A program made the translations under genes and the position numbers. The notes beneath the pieces were generated by a model that searched no databases, was not told the origin of the DNA, and saw only the letters and a list, made by a program, of their open reading frames with translations. From the NCBI GenBank assembly GCA_036703175.1, contig DATNPP010000195.1, positions 1 through 35,693 of the forward strand: 35,693 nucleotides of DNA. The letters run 5' to 3'. Numbering within the stretch: position 1 is the first letter of the stretch; every line of letters begins with the position of its first letter. The DNA is from Oscillatoriaceae cyanobacterium. GTDB taxonomy: Bacteria; Cyanobacteriota; Sericytochromatia; S15B-MN24; JAQBPE01. Below, one piece after another: positions 35,625 through 35,693 of the stretch.

Positions 35625-35660
35625 CGCCCTCTCCCTGGCGAGGGGGGGGTTAGGTGGGGG
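35625..35660. repeat. Degenerate second copy of the CGCCCTCTCCC...GAGGG element
   Basis: It shares the 11-mer CGCCCTCTCCC (35625-35635) with 32996-33006. A G-rich partial complement follows (GAGGGGGGGGTTAGGTGGGGG). It lies just after a gene stop, as does the first copy. Confidence 0.35.
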
Positions 35661-35693
35661 CCCCGTCCAGGGGCGAAAACGGGGTCGGGGAGT

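Overview
High-GC bacterial chromosomal segment. No rRNA, tRNA, CRISPR array, transposase or integrase was recognised. I call 27 protein genes (one partial) and one small SRP RNA (ffs) that the ORF track cannot show. About 40% of the window (1-15.3 kb) is a divergently organised cell-envelope glycan locus. Its minus strand carries two GT2 glycosyltransferases (one of the polyprenyl-phosphate GtrB/ArnC type), a SAM methyltransferase, a UDP-glucuronate-4-epimerase-like SDR, an AsnB-family amidotransferase, a ConA-like lipoprotein and a 518-aa polytopic membrane protein. Its plus strand carries two tandem YfhO-like proteins and a 540-aa ArnT/PMT-like protein. Housekeeping genes follow: mce-sucC-sucD, then a DUF1800/DUF1501 pair. 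Next come a visibly AT-richer acyltransferase-3 gene and a minus-strand string of cbpA-like J-protein, a 941-aa 5'-nucleotidase-like/beta-barrel fusion, a Crp-family regulator and an Fn3-like lipoprotein. The window ends with ffs, htrA, a split dTDP-rhamnose pathway (rfbBAC on +, rfbD on - with an unknown 6-TM protein) and a lipoprotein. The best candidate for an undescribed system is the four-GT-C glycosylation locus with its uronic acid, amidotransferase and methyltransferase sugar-activation module. The second candidate is the nucleotidase-like outer-membrane barrel fusion. All family calls rest on motifs read by eye, since no database search was possible. Many very long ORFs in the track are antisense shadows typical of high-GC DNA and were rejected.
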